NCBI GenBank assembly: GCA_046582655.1
Contig: JAYGDX010000259.1
Location: 24,343 to 88,342, forward strand
Length of the DNA stretch: 64,000 bases
DNA from: Candidatus Poribacteria bacterium
GTDB taxonomy: Bacteria > Poribacteria > WGA-4E > UBA9662
Direction of reading: 5' to 3'
Part shown: positions 1-9,168 of the stretch, piece after piece
How positions within the stretch are numbered: position 1 is the first letter of the stretch
Layout of the letters: the number at the start of each line of letters is the position of its first letter
Program-made: the position numbers and the translations under genes
Notes under the pieces: model-generated
What the model saw: the letters and a program-made list of their open reading frames with translations, nothing else
Databases searched by the model: none
What the model was told of the DNA's origin: nothing

Positions 1-306
1 ACGATCGCTAGGCATGATAGAGAGTTTGGGATCCCGTAAGTCAGTCCCTTTCTGTTCAAGCGATGCTGCCGACTTCCAGCAGTCCCCATTCTCCGACATG
101 ATTATCCTTATTGTACCGTTGCTACCTCCATGGTCTTGAGCCTCACGGAATGTACACCACCAGCGATTGCGAAAGTAAATCAAATCGGTGAAAGCGCTGT
201 GTGGGGCGCGATCCCAAATTTTTCTGGCCGAAACGATATTCGGTTCCTCTGCCTCGAGCAATTGTGAGATCGTAGTAAACAAACAGGTTAGGAAATTGGT
301 TATCAT
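1..306 (-). CDS. Exo-alpha-sialidase/BNR-like beta-propeller protein, N-terminal part (runs off the window start)
   Basis: Not in the ORF track. My translation from ATG 306 is open to base 1: MITNFLTCLF...RKIWDRAPHSAFTDLIYFRNRWWCTFREAQDHGGSNGTIRIIMSENGDCWKSAASLEQKGTDLRDPKLSIMP. The AFTDL/TFRE/DLRDPKL pattern is typical of this family. Confidence 0.75.
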   Translation of the reverse strand, partial: MITNFLTCLFTTISQLLEAEEPNIVSARKIWDRAPHSAFTDLIYFRNRWWCTFREAQDHGGSNGTIRIIMSENGDCWKSAASLEQKGTDLRDPKLSIMPSDR

Positions 307-1074
307 TGTTTTTTTCCCTACTCGAAATATTGAGAGTGTAGCACAACTCTCAGTTCAATGTCATCCATTCCCAAACACATATTGGTATAAAGAGCTCTGA
401 TGGTCTCGAATCGGCAAGTCATAATCCACCGTCACAAATTCGGCTTTACACATGATGATGCATATGGAATAACAGTGCATTTCTCTGATCGTCTGGTCCT
501 AGGCTTTGTGCCGATGTGCACACCAATGTGCCCAGAGGGAAGTGCATCATTGTGGTTGGCCACTTGAGTTCGGCATGAATCGTATCTGGACTTTCCGTCT
601 ACGTTTACTGGGTTTGTCAATTCTACAACCAATACCAAGGCCATCGTAGTGAAAAGGATCTGAGGACGCGCTGATAACCAAGCCTGTTTCTAGGAGATGG
701 CATATTTGACGACTAGCAAGTGACAGCAGCCCAGTATGCCATTGAAGTCTAGTTCAAACCATTGTGGGCGATATGTATAGCTTTGGGTTACTAGCTTCTA
801 GCTGGAAAGAAGTGATATGTTTCGCTGTTTTGGAACCTGGTCTTTTTTGCTTGAAAATTATCCGACTCTTTGTATGTACCGCTGTTGGGATCTTATTGTG
901 TGTAAATAAGATTGGGCGAAAAAAACAGTCTGATAGGATCTTCACCAAGGCGGCAATAATTAACGATGACTATATATATCAAGAAAACCTGCTCGCCTAG
1001 TTTAGTTAACTCGACTATAATGAACGTAGTTTGTGGCTAAATTTAGGTTCATATTACATATGGGGTTTGACACA

Positions 1075-1105
1075 GATCGAGTGCGAGTTAGAGACGCACT
1101 CGATC
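1075..1105. promoter_or_regulatory. 11-bp perfect inverted repeat (operator or hairpin) upstream of the amidohydrolase-fold gene
   Basis: GATCGAGTGCG-N9-CGCACTCGATC, immediately after TTGACA at 1067-1072. Confidence 0.45.
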
Positions 1106-1169
1106 CTGTAAGCAAGACCAACGGAGAAATGAGCTGGGAGTTACTCAACCGGATACCTCTCGGAGTGGT

Positions 1170-2234
1170 ATGACAGCGGGATCTCTATCGCTGATCGATG
1201 CCGACGTGCATAATTACACTCGCTCGGTTGACGATTTGATGCCGCATTTGTCAGAGCGATGGAAGGCCTACATCGTCCAAGGCGGGTTCAAAATGCCGGG
1301 GGTGAGCTTGTATCCGAAAGTGTACGCACAGGCTGCACGACGTGACGCGATTCCCTATGAGGGTGGGGTTGCTGGCTCTGAGCCAGAATTTGCAAAAGAA
1401 CAGCTGCTCGATATGTGGGGAATTGACTACGGAATCCTGAATCCGCTGATCGGTGTGCCGCAGATCAAGAACCCCGACCTCGGACGAGCTTTGATGCGAG
1501 CTGTCAACGACTGGACAAAGACTGACTGGCTCGATTCTGATCCGAGGTGGCTTGGCTCAATCTTGGTCCACCCTGGTGATCCGGAAGGGTCAGCGAAAGA
1601 AATACATCGTCTCGCAGATGACAGGCGTTTCGTCCAAGTACTGCTGATGGCTCGCTCTAGCATGCCCTATGGAAAGTGGCAGATGGATCCTATCTATGAA
1701 GCTGCGTGCGGAGCCGAATTGCCAATTGGGATTCACTTTGGTGGAGGGGGCGATGTTCCGATCACAGCTGTGGGATGGCCATCATATTATATCGAGGACC
1801 ACACGGGAATGGTACAGGCTTTTGAGAGCCAGGTGATCAGCTTAGTCTGTGAAGGCACCTTCGTCAGGTTTCCTAAATTGCGGGTCGTCCTGATCGAAAG
1901 TGGTTTCGCCTGGCTGCCAGCACTGATGTGGCGTCTCGACCAGAACTATCGTGGGCTGCGTGATGAGGTGCCATGGCTTAAGAAACTACCGAGTGAGTAC
2001 ATTCTGGAACACTTCCGAGCGACAACGCAGCCGATGGAAGAACCTCCAAATCTACAGCATCTCGTGCAGATTCTAGATATGATCGGTTCGGACGATTTCC
2101 TAATGTTTGCGACGGATTATCCTCACTGGGACTTTGATGCACCGAATCAGGCAATTCCGAACGTGATCACGGGTGAATTACGAGAAAGAATTATGTGGAA
2201 AAACGCTGCCGTGTTCTACGGGCTGGGGTCGTAA
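1170..2234 (+). CDS. Amidohydrolase-2 fold protein, probable amidohydrolase-related dinuclear oxygenase (AibH/PtmU3-like)
   Basis: Motifs IDADVH, GIHFG, IESGFAW, TTQPMEEP and FATDYPHWDFD; directly abuts a Rieske ferredoxin gene. Confidence 0.8.
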   Translation: MTAGSLSLIDADVHNYTRSVDDLMPHLSERWKAYIVQGGFKMPGVSLYPKVYAQAARRDAIPYEGGVAGSEPEFAKEQLLDMWGIDYGILNPLIGVPQIKNPDLGRALMRAVNDWTKTDWLDSDPRWLGSILVHPGDPEGSAKEIHRLADDRRFVQVLLMARSSMPYGKWQMDPIYEAACGAELPIGIHFGGGGDVPITAVGWPSYYIEDHTGMVQAFESQVISLVCEGTFVRFPKLRVVLIESGFAWLPALMWRLDQNYRGLRDEVPWLKKLPSEYILEHFRATTQPMEEPPNLQHLVQILDMIGSDDFLMFATDYPHWDFDAPNQAIPNVITGELRERIMWKNAAVFYGLGS

Positions 2235-2606
2235 ATGCCTGTATCTAGCCAGAATCACGATGTTGGGCAAGTCGACGCGTTCGAATCAGGAAGACCCTAC
2301 GTCGTTTGTGTGGCAGGCAGGGATGTGGTTCTCGTCCGGCGGGGAAATGAGTTCTTTGCGATTCGGGACGTGTGTCCCCACCACGGAGCGAAACTATCCG
2401 ATGGCCTGTTGACAGGAGAAGTATCAGCTAGCCGGCCTGGCGAGCAACCCGAACTGCTGCGTAAGGATGAGTTCCTAGTGTGTCCCTGACATGGTTGGAA
2501 GATTGATGTTCGTACGGGGTGTTCATCGCTAGAGCCGGATTGCATCAGGGTAAGACGGTATGGCGTTCACATCGAGGGGGGACGTGTTCTTGTGGCTCTC
2601 TCGTGA
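2235..2606 (+). pseudogene. Rieske [2Fe-2S] ferredoxin with an in-frame TGA at the CPWHG Trp position
   Basis: CPHHG ... VCP*HGWKIDVRTG...RVRRYGVHIEGGRVLVALS*. TGA is at 2487-2489 and the frame continues cleanly to the stop at 2604-2606. Confidence 0.85.
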
Positions 2607-2859
2607 AAACAAGATAATTTGAATCGACTGACGAAACTCGAATTCCCATGGCTTCAATTCCAACTGGTGATGAAATCGTCCACTTGGAAATTCTCCAGCA
2701 TATGGTTCATTTCATATCGGCTCTTGACCCCCTGAAAAATGGTTAGTCGCTACTTTGCTCGATACCTGAAAATTTAGAGGTTAAGCAGAAAGGCAAGAAC
2801 TTTCATGTTGTTAGACATGCAGTGGTGAATAAAATTGGGTTAGTGCTGTCCAACCATCG

Positions 2860-3139
2860 CAGAAATTCGTTAAAACCGGCATGAGGATGAAAACAAATAT
2901 TGGGTATCTGTTGAGCGTAAAGTATTCGGGCAGTCGAGTTCTATGAAGTAGCTCCAGTTTGAAATCGAGTATCCGCTGATTGAATACCGGCATGGCACCT
3001 CATCCAACTACTCAGAGGTCGGAGGGATGTCCTGCCAGTCTACCCAAGGGGCATGGTCTCTAGCTTCCAACTCATGGTGCAGGCGTTGAGCGAACTCTAT
3101 ATCTTTACGCAAATAAGAGATGAATACGTCGGACATCAT
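2860..3139 (-). pseudogene. TIR domain (TIR_2-like) N-terminal remnant
   Basis: MMSDVFISYLRKDIEFAQRLHHELEARDHAPWVDWQDIPPTSE*LDEV, then frameshifted HAGIQSADT ... IFVFIL. TAG at 3008-3010; GAGG RBS upstream. Not in the ORF track. Confidence 0.8.
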
Positions 3140-3174
3140 TTAGTTGACCTCAAGCATACAGCATATCGGCATTA

Positions 3175-3333
3175 TCAGTTCAAAACCAAGATTTCATACT
3201 TTGCTTTTTCCTTGGCAGTCAACTGAGGGGTGGCTCGACTTTCAGTGATTTGCAATAACTCTTCAATGTCTGTAATGTAGATTTGGACAATGCCATTTGC
3301 TCTCTTTGATATTCGATTAGAAAAGAAGCCCAT
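3175..3333 (-). pseudogene. C-terminal tail remnant of a WD40-repeat (TIR/STAND-WD40-type) protein
   Basis: 52-codon frame ...NGIVQIYITDIEELLQITESRATPQLTAKEKAKYEI, resembling the 'D(I/L)xELLxxAxxRxTRxLTxxExxxY' terminus of bacterial WD40 proteins. Confidence 0.55.
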
Positions 3334-3408
3334 GGGAGCTAAGCAAGGATATACAAAGTTAGATTGGAAATCCCAGTTTAACTGGAAGTACTTGAGAAGG
3401 GGAATACC

Positions 3409-3988
3409 ATGCCGGGAAATCCTATTTTTGTGTTTGCAGTCTTAATTTGCTTGATGGCAAGTGTGTCGTGTGCTTACGAACATGCGGGAAATATAACTGG
3501 CTGGAACCTCTATGGGACATGCCAGAATGAAATAACTTTTAACTGTACAAACCAACAAATAATAAAAATAAATATTTTAACCGACAATATATTTCGGGTG
3601 AGATTCTCCGCCGATGGGTCACTACCAGCTTCAAGGATGATTGGACAATGGAATCTTGTACGTTCGAACAACGGTTTTCCCACCCCGACTTTACTGCTGT
3701 GGATGAGGAAAAGGCTGTTTTGATAAACACAGCAGAACTCGAGATAAAAATAGATAAAAGTCCTTTCCTCATTAGCATTTTCGACAGAGAAAACCGCTTA
3801 ATAGCTAAAAAAGCGCTTCCCTGGGAATGGGCAGCGATGGTGATGCCTATTTACAAATGGATTAGCTTGCTGATGAGCACCTTTTTGGTGTGGTTGAGGG
3901 ACTCGGTGCGATAAAACGAGATGTTCCTTTTGAAGCAGCGAAAATTTCAAGCATAGAACTGCATGGGATAGAACCCAAAGAAGGGTGA
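3409..3988 (+). pseudogene. Glycoside hydrolase family 31 N-terminal fragment (signal peptide, frameshifted, catalytic domain absent)
   Basis: KINILTDNIFRVRF, then LINTAELEIKIDKSPFLISIFD, then D*LADEHLFGVVEG across three frame segments; resembles the GH31 N-domain ending in DEHFYGLGE. Confidence 0.6.
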
Positions 3989-4004
3989 TAACTCTGGGCC
4001 AAAC

Positions 4005-5213
4005 TTATATTGTGTTTTCTAAAGGACTTTGCGGTTCCTTACCGAATATATGGGTGATTAAAGCAGCCAAAAGGGCGATAATGGATGAAATCCTAAACAT
4101 CACAAATCTACCGTGTGTTTTTTCAATCCCACCACATATTTTCCCCCCGATCATCCCACCCAATCCCCAAACAATACCACTGTATAAAGTTTGTCCACTG
4201 GCACGAACCTGATCCGGCAACATGGTACTGATGAAGTTAACGATTCCAATATGAAAGGCAGTATAAGTTAGCGCATGAAAAAGTTGCAGAAACAAGATCG
4301 CGATTATTGATGGTTTCAGCGAATAGAAAAATAATCTCATGGCCATACCTAGCATACCGATAATCACTATCCATTTTATTCCGGTCCATTTTATTAGATT
4401 ACCGATAACAAACATCATCCCAATCTCTGATGCAACGCCTAATGCCCAGAAGAATCCCTGTGAACTGTCAGGGACTCCAAGATCTTCAAGATAAATTGAA
4501 AAGAAAATATAATAAGCCTGCATAGCTGCCCTGGCCATTAACCCTGTAATCAAAGTTAATACAAAGTTGACGGTGATAAAGCGGTTGAGCTGGTTCCATT
4601 TGAAAGGTTCTCTAACCTCCACTTCAGCAGGATTTGGAATCATCAGTACCCACACGACACCTAATAACCTAAAAGTACTGAAAAATATAAATACCGATAA
4701 TAGTCCATAGCCAAACTCTGAGGTGATGTTTCCCTCGAACTCGTCCTTAATCATCAACTTAAATAGGAGCATTGAAATTCCAATTCCAATCGATCCCCAA
4801 AGTCGTATTCGGCCGTAGTCGCCCCCATGTTGCTTAATGAAACCCAACGTCAGTGCATCATTGATCGGGGCAACAGGCGTTTCCAAAAAGGAAAAAAGCA
4901 TAATAATACCCAATATAGCATAATAGTTTTTTGTAAAAAGCAACAATGGGTATACCAAACTGGCAGACAAGAAAAGCAGAGCTATGATTCGTCTCATGTC
5001 CTTGACTGAATCAGCAACAATCCCCCAAATTGGCGAGGAGAATATGCTCATGAATGAAAAGATGGCAGCAACGGTTCCAAGCTGCGAACTATTTAACCCC
5101 GCACGCTTTAGGTAGAGATTCATGTAGATGAGTATTCCACTTTTTGGACTAAGCGAAATAAAGTGGAGCAAGCTATAATGGCGGCGGGAACTTTTATTAG
5201 TAATTTCTGTCAT
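4005..5213 (-). CDS. MFS transporter (MFS_1-like / nucleoside:H+ symporter / HcaT-like)
   Basis: About 12 hydrophobic segments; DYGRIRLWGSIG motif. Confidence 0.85.
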   Translation of the reverse strand: MTEITNKSSRRHYSLLHFISLSPKSGILIYMNLYLKRAGLNSSQLGTVAAIFSFMSIFSSPIWGIVADSVKDMRRIIALLFLSASLVYPLLLFTKNYYAILGIIMLFSFLETPVAPINDALTLGFIKQHGGDYGRIRLWGSIGIGISMLLFKLMIKDEFEGNITSEFGYGLLSVFIFFSTFRLLGVVWVLMIPNPAEVEVREPFKWNQLNRFITVNFVLTLITGLMARAAMQAYYIFFSIYLEDLGVPDSSQGFFWALGVASEIGMMFVIGNLIKWTGIKWIVIIGMLGMAMRLFFYSLKPSIIAILFLQLFHALTYTAFHIGIVNFISTMLPDQVRASGQTLYSGIVWGLGGMIGGKICGGIEKTHGRFVMFRISSIIALLAALITHIFGKEPQSPLENTI

Positions 5214-5307
5214 TGGAAGAATATATTTCAGCCAGAAGCTTGAAACTTCAAAGAAATTAGATTTGATGTAATGCCTATAGCATACAGGAAGTAACGAATG
5301 GACTAAC

Positions 5308-6699
5308 TCAAGACCGGTAAGCTTCCCAAAAGGCTTGTCCTTGTTCCTGTATGTCTCCGTATTCAGTTTGCCACTGCTTAAGTTCGTTTCTTAACCGCTT
5401 TAGTGTTTCTATATATTGACCATTATTGCTCAAGTTAACAGTTTCTCGCGGATCGTTTAACAAGTCAAAGAGCTGTGTTTGAGCATGTCTGTCACCGACA
5501 ACATATTCAATCAATTTATATTGTTGATCACGGATACCCCTCTGCAGTCCTTCGTAGGCAAAGTGCAGGTATTCTCGAATTTGTTCCGCTGGTCGTTCAA
5601 GATGAGGAATCAAGCTTTTGCCCTCTACTGTTTTTGGATATTGAATCCCGATTAAATCACAGAGTGTCGGAAAAATATCGATCAGGTAAGTTAATGCTTT
5701 TCGCCTTTCGCCTGATGGGATGTTAGGGCCAGCTAGAATGAGGGGAACATGTACACTGTGATCATAAACATTTTGTTTGCCCATTAAACCATGTTGACCA
5801 ATCGCCAGTCCATTATCACCAGCGAACAGTATAATTGTGTCATCTAGAATTCCTTTCTCTTTTAGTTTGTTCATTACTCGACCGACAGCTGCATCCAAAT
5901 GGCTAATCATGGCATAATATTCGGCAATGTGTCGTTGTACCTCTGATTTGGTTCGGGGAAATTCTGCCAGCAGTTCATCGCGCCCTTTCATCCAACCGTT
6001 GTCGAATGGATGCTCCGGCACGAAATTCTCAGGTATCTCGATTTTTCGCGGATCATACATCTGTAAAAAATCTTCCGGCATACTCCGCGGATCGTGGGGT
6101 GCCATGAATGAAACATAGGCGAAGAAGGGGGTATCATCGGATTGGTTCTCAATAAAGTCGATAGTTGCCTCAGTGAACAGGTCGGTAGAGTGTTTACCTG
6201 CGGTGATACGGTCGCAACGTTGCCAACTGACGTGGTTGTTGCTATGCGGATTATCGATTTTGGGATTGATGGGATAATTGCCGGTTGGATCATAATCGCA
6301 GGCAGGAACATTCCAGTGATCCGCCATTCCACCAAAGAAAATCTCGGCTCCGGCATTAAAACTTCGGGCATAAGAACGGATGCCGTTATGCCATTTCCCA
6401 GTACCGAACGAAGTATAACCTGCCTGTTGAAGCGTTTCACCTAACAGGGCATGTTCCTCTGGTATAGATTGCCCCTGCCGGTCAAGATGATAGAGTGTTC
6501 GTCCGGTATGAAGCATTCCGCGGCTGGGCATACATACCGCTCCACATGATCCGCCCATGATGTAACTGTTAACAAATGTTGTTCCTTGAGATACAATTTG
6601 ATCGAGATTCGGTGTGGAAATCTCAGGGTTATTGACACTTCCAATTGTGTCAAATCGTTGGTCATCTGTGAAGAAAAAAACGATATTCGGTTGATCCAT
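5308..6699 (-). CDS. Sulfatase (choline-sulfatase-like, Cys-type)
   Basis: PNIVFFFTDDQR, CMPSR (CxPxR), GKWH, GDNG and GKQNVY motifs. Confidence 0.92.
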   Translation of the reverse strand: MDQPNIVFFFTDDQRFDTIGSVNNPEISTPNLDQIVSQGTTFVNSYIMGGSCGAVCMPSRGMLHTGRTLYHLDRQGQSIPEEHALLGETLQQAGYTSFGTGKWHNGIRSYARSFNAGAEIFFGGMADHWNVPACDYDPTGNYPINPKIDNPHSNNHVSWQRCDRITAGKHSTDLFTEATIDFIENQSDDTPFFAYVSFMAPHDPRSMPEDFLQMYDPRKIEIPENFVPEHPFDNGWMKGRDELLAEFPRTKSEVQRHIAEYYAMISHLDAAVGRVMNKLKEKGILDDTIILFAGDNGLAIGQHGLMGKQNVYDHSVHVPLILAGPNIPSGERRKALTYLIDIFPTLCDLIGIQYPKTVEGKSLIPHLERPAEQIREYLHFAYEGLQRGIRDQQYKLIEYVVGDRHAQTQLFDLLNDPRETVNLSNNGQYIETLKRLRNELKQWQTEYGDIQEQGQAFWEAYRS

Positions 6700-6890
6700 G
6701 AATTTATTCCTTTCCTTTCAATCCACACTTCTGTTGAAGTAAGAACATGTCCTTCAGTGCCCTGTCTGAACGGGCATCAGTATCAAGGATCTGCTTTAGT
6801 ATAATCGTATATTGACCAAATTAGTAGCAGATAAACCATGTAGACTTGAAGACCGAGCATCAAGTTACCCGTTAGACTCCAATAATTTTA

Positions 6891-6919
6891 TTGACCTTAG
6901 ATCTGAAAATAGTTAAGAT
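6891..6919 (+). promoter_or_regulatory. Putative sigma70 promoter for the PhyH gene
   Basis: TTGACC-17 bp-TAAGAT. Confidence 0.4.
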
Positions 6920-7071
6920 ATGTTGCGTTTTGATAATTGGATCTTAGGGCAATTGTCGATTAACATTTACAAGCACTTTTTCGCGCAAAAATTGAAATTA
7001 TAGTAGTATAAGGAGCAAGTCTGAATGCCATCTTTTAGCGGGACTGGCTATTTGACTTCTGTAGGAGCTTT

Positions 7072-7968
7072 ATGGGATTAAGTCAAGAACAACTCCAACA
7101 TTTTAAAGAAGAAGGTTTTTTACTAATTCGGGATGCTTTAGCCGATAGCGATCTGGATTCGGTCATTCGGGAGTACGAAGAACACATTGATCAACGGGCT
7201 AGAGAATTGTTAGATCAAGGTAAACTTTCACGACTCTATAAAGATCAGTCCTTTGAACGTCGGCTTGTCTGCATTTGTCGGGAGAACAATGAGATCTATT
7301 CTGAACTTGATATTATGCACTTACGTGGTAAAGCTTCCTTTGATTTTCTGCGCAACAAAAATCTGATGAAAATCGTGACCTCTATCGTGGGTACAGAAAT
7401 TACTTGTAGTCCGGTCCAGCATATCCGTGCCAAATTGCCGGTGGGCTTGACCCCAGAAGGGGCTGACGCCCATGTCGCTCCATGGCACCAAGATGCTGGG
7501 GTAACATGGGAAGAAGCAGATCCCTACTTTATCCTGACGGTTTGGATTCCTCTGACCGAAGCAACCGAAAAAAACGGTTTTTTGCAAATTATTCCACGTG
7601 TCCATGGTATTGGGCTTTTGGCACATCACTCTAAAGCTGGGGTCGGAACTACCATTATTGATGAGGAAATACCACCACAGGCAATGTTGAATTTACCCAT
7701 GCAAAAGGGAAGTGTTCTGCTAATACATAAGGAAACACCTCATCGGTCAACACCCAACCAATCTGATACTGTCCGTTGGAGTATGGATCTTCGGTATCAG
7801 AAGACTGGCACGCCAACCGGACGTCCCTTCCATCCGGATTTTGTCGTTTATAGCCAGTCCAATCCAGGTTCGGTACTGGACGATCACGAACAGTGGAGGA
7901 ATATGTGGATTCAGGCACTTGAAAACAGTAGAGGCGTCCAAGCTCATCGTTGGTCACAAAAAAGTTAA
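7072..7968 (+). CDS. Phytanoyl-CoA dioxygenase family (PhyH) Fe(II)/2OG oxygenase
   Basis: LSQEQLQHFKEEGFL N-terminus; PWHQD ... HRS ... RWSMDLRY. Confidence 0.9.
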   Translation: MGLSQEQLQHFKEEGFLLIRDALADSDLDSVIREYEEHIDQRARELLDQGKLSRLYKDQSFERRLVCICRENNEIYSELDIMHLRGKASFDFLRNKNLMKIVTSIVGTEITCSPVQHIRAKLPVGLTPEGADAHVAPWHQDAGVTWEEADPYFILTVWIPLTEATEKNGFLQIIPRVHGIGLLAHHSKAGVGTTIIDEEIPPQAMLNLPMQKGSVLLIHKETPHRSTPNQSDTVRWSMDLRYQKTGTPTGRPFHPDFVVYSQSNPGSVLDDHEQWRNMWIQALENSRGVQAHRWSQKS

Positions 7969-8041
7969 AGGACATTATTGGTTTTCTTACCAAGCAACTT
8001 GTGGTCCTGTCTTACAATTTGCAAGAAGAGTATTGTAATTA

Positions 8042-8815
8042 TTAAACACTAGCAATATATCCTCCATCCACAACTAATGATGTCCCTGTAATCCATTCAG
8101 CATCATCTGAGGCGAGAAAAACTGCGGATCGCGCAATATCCCTCGGTAGACCAAAACGCGGCAAAGGGGTTCTTTGTCGAACTTCTTCAATCTGATCCAG
8201 CGTGAGATAGTCTTGAATAGCGGTCTCAATATAGCCCGGGCATATAGCGTTAACGGTGATGTTTTCTTGCGCGACTTCCAGCGCCATATCCCGAGCCATA
8301 TTGACGACCGCAGCCTTAGCTGGAGCGTATGCTGGTCCTGCGCCGCCTCCGTAGGCGTGGACAGAAGCAATCTGAATTATCCGTCCATACTTAGATTTTC
8401 TCAAATGTGGAATAGCAATTTTTGTAGCAACAAAGATAGAACGCAAATCGACACCAACCACTTTATCCCAGTCAGCAATTGAAATTTCTTGGCTGTTTCC
8501 GGGTATGTGTATACCCGCGTTATTGACAAGTATATCCAGCCCACCAAAATGTTCCACCGTTTTCTGGATCAGGAGATCAACCTGGGAGTCATCAGCCATA
8601 TCTGTTTGAACAAACAAACCTTGGGCACCGAGTTTCTCAATTTCTTCGACCGTAGGCGTTATTGTATTTTTTTCGTGATATTTACCACGACTTGGAGCCT
8701 CTTGAATATCAGTTACCACGACTTGAGCTCCTTCACGAGCGAATTCAGTTGCTATCCCTCGACCGATTCCCGAACTCCCTCCGGTTACGATGGCAATTCG
8801 ATTCTCTAGCAGCAT
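8042..8815 (-). CDS. Short-chain dehydrogenase/reductase
   Basis: TGGSSGIG, NNAG, YAPAK (YxxxK) and VDGG. Confidence 0.92.
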   Translation of the reverse strand: MLLENRIAIVTGGSSGIGRGIATEFAREGAQVVVTDIQEAPSRGKYHEKNTITPTVEEIEKLGAQGLFVQTDMADDSQVDLLIQKTVEHFGGLDILVNNAGIHIPGNSQEISIADWDKVVGVDLRSIFVATKIAIPHLRKSKYGRIIQIASVHAYGGGAGPAYAPAKAAVVNMARDMALEVAQENITVNAICPGYIETAIQDYLTLDQIEEVRQRTPLPRFGLPRDIARSAVFLASDDAEWITGTSLVVDGGYIASV

Positions 8816-9168
8816 ACAAACCTCTTAGGTGAAGCGTCTTATGGTATGAAATGACTTCTTAATTAGGAAACTTTCTGAGTCAATGTAAGCCAAAATACCA
8901 GTTATAATAAATTATTTGGTGTTACCAGTAGCACGCAGAGATAGCGCAACCTTCAGAGGGCCAAAGGAATTTATAAAACATAAGGGCAAAAAACAGGGTT
9001 GATTAATATCAGTATAGCGCCACTGAATATAGTACATGACGGGGCATCAGGGAATCGAAGCGTAATAGGATAGCAAAAGATAGTTTTGGGTTCCTTTATA
9101 TCGAACAATTCCCAAATACCAGATTAACCCAATAAGCTTACAATTAGGCAATCCGCTTAACTTAATTG

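Noticed and set aside
2487..2489. UGA recoding (Trp, Gly or selenocysteine) suggested by in-frame TGAs at 2487, 9739 and 54615
   Set aside because: argS, rsfS, murC and ftsW end in TGA at or near their expected C-termini. The Rieske TGA is at a Trp, not a Cys, position. The other two genes also carry frameshifts.
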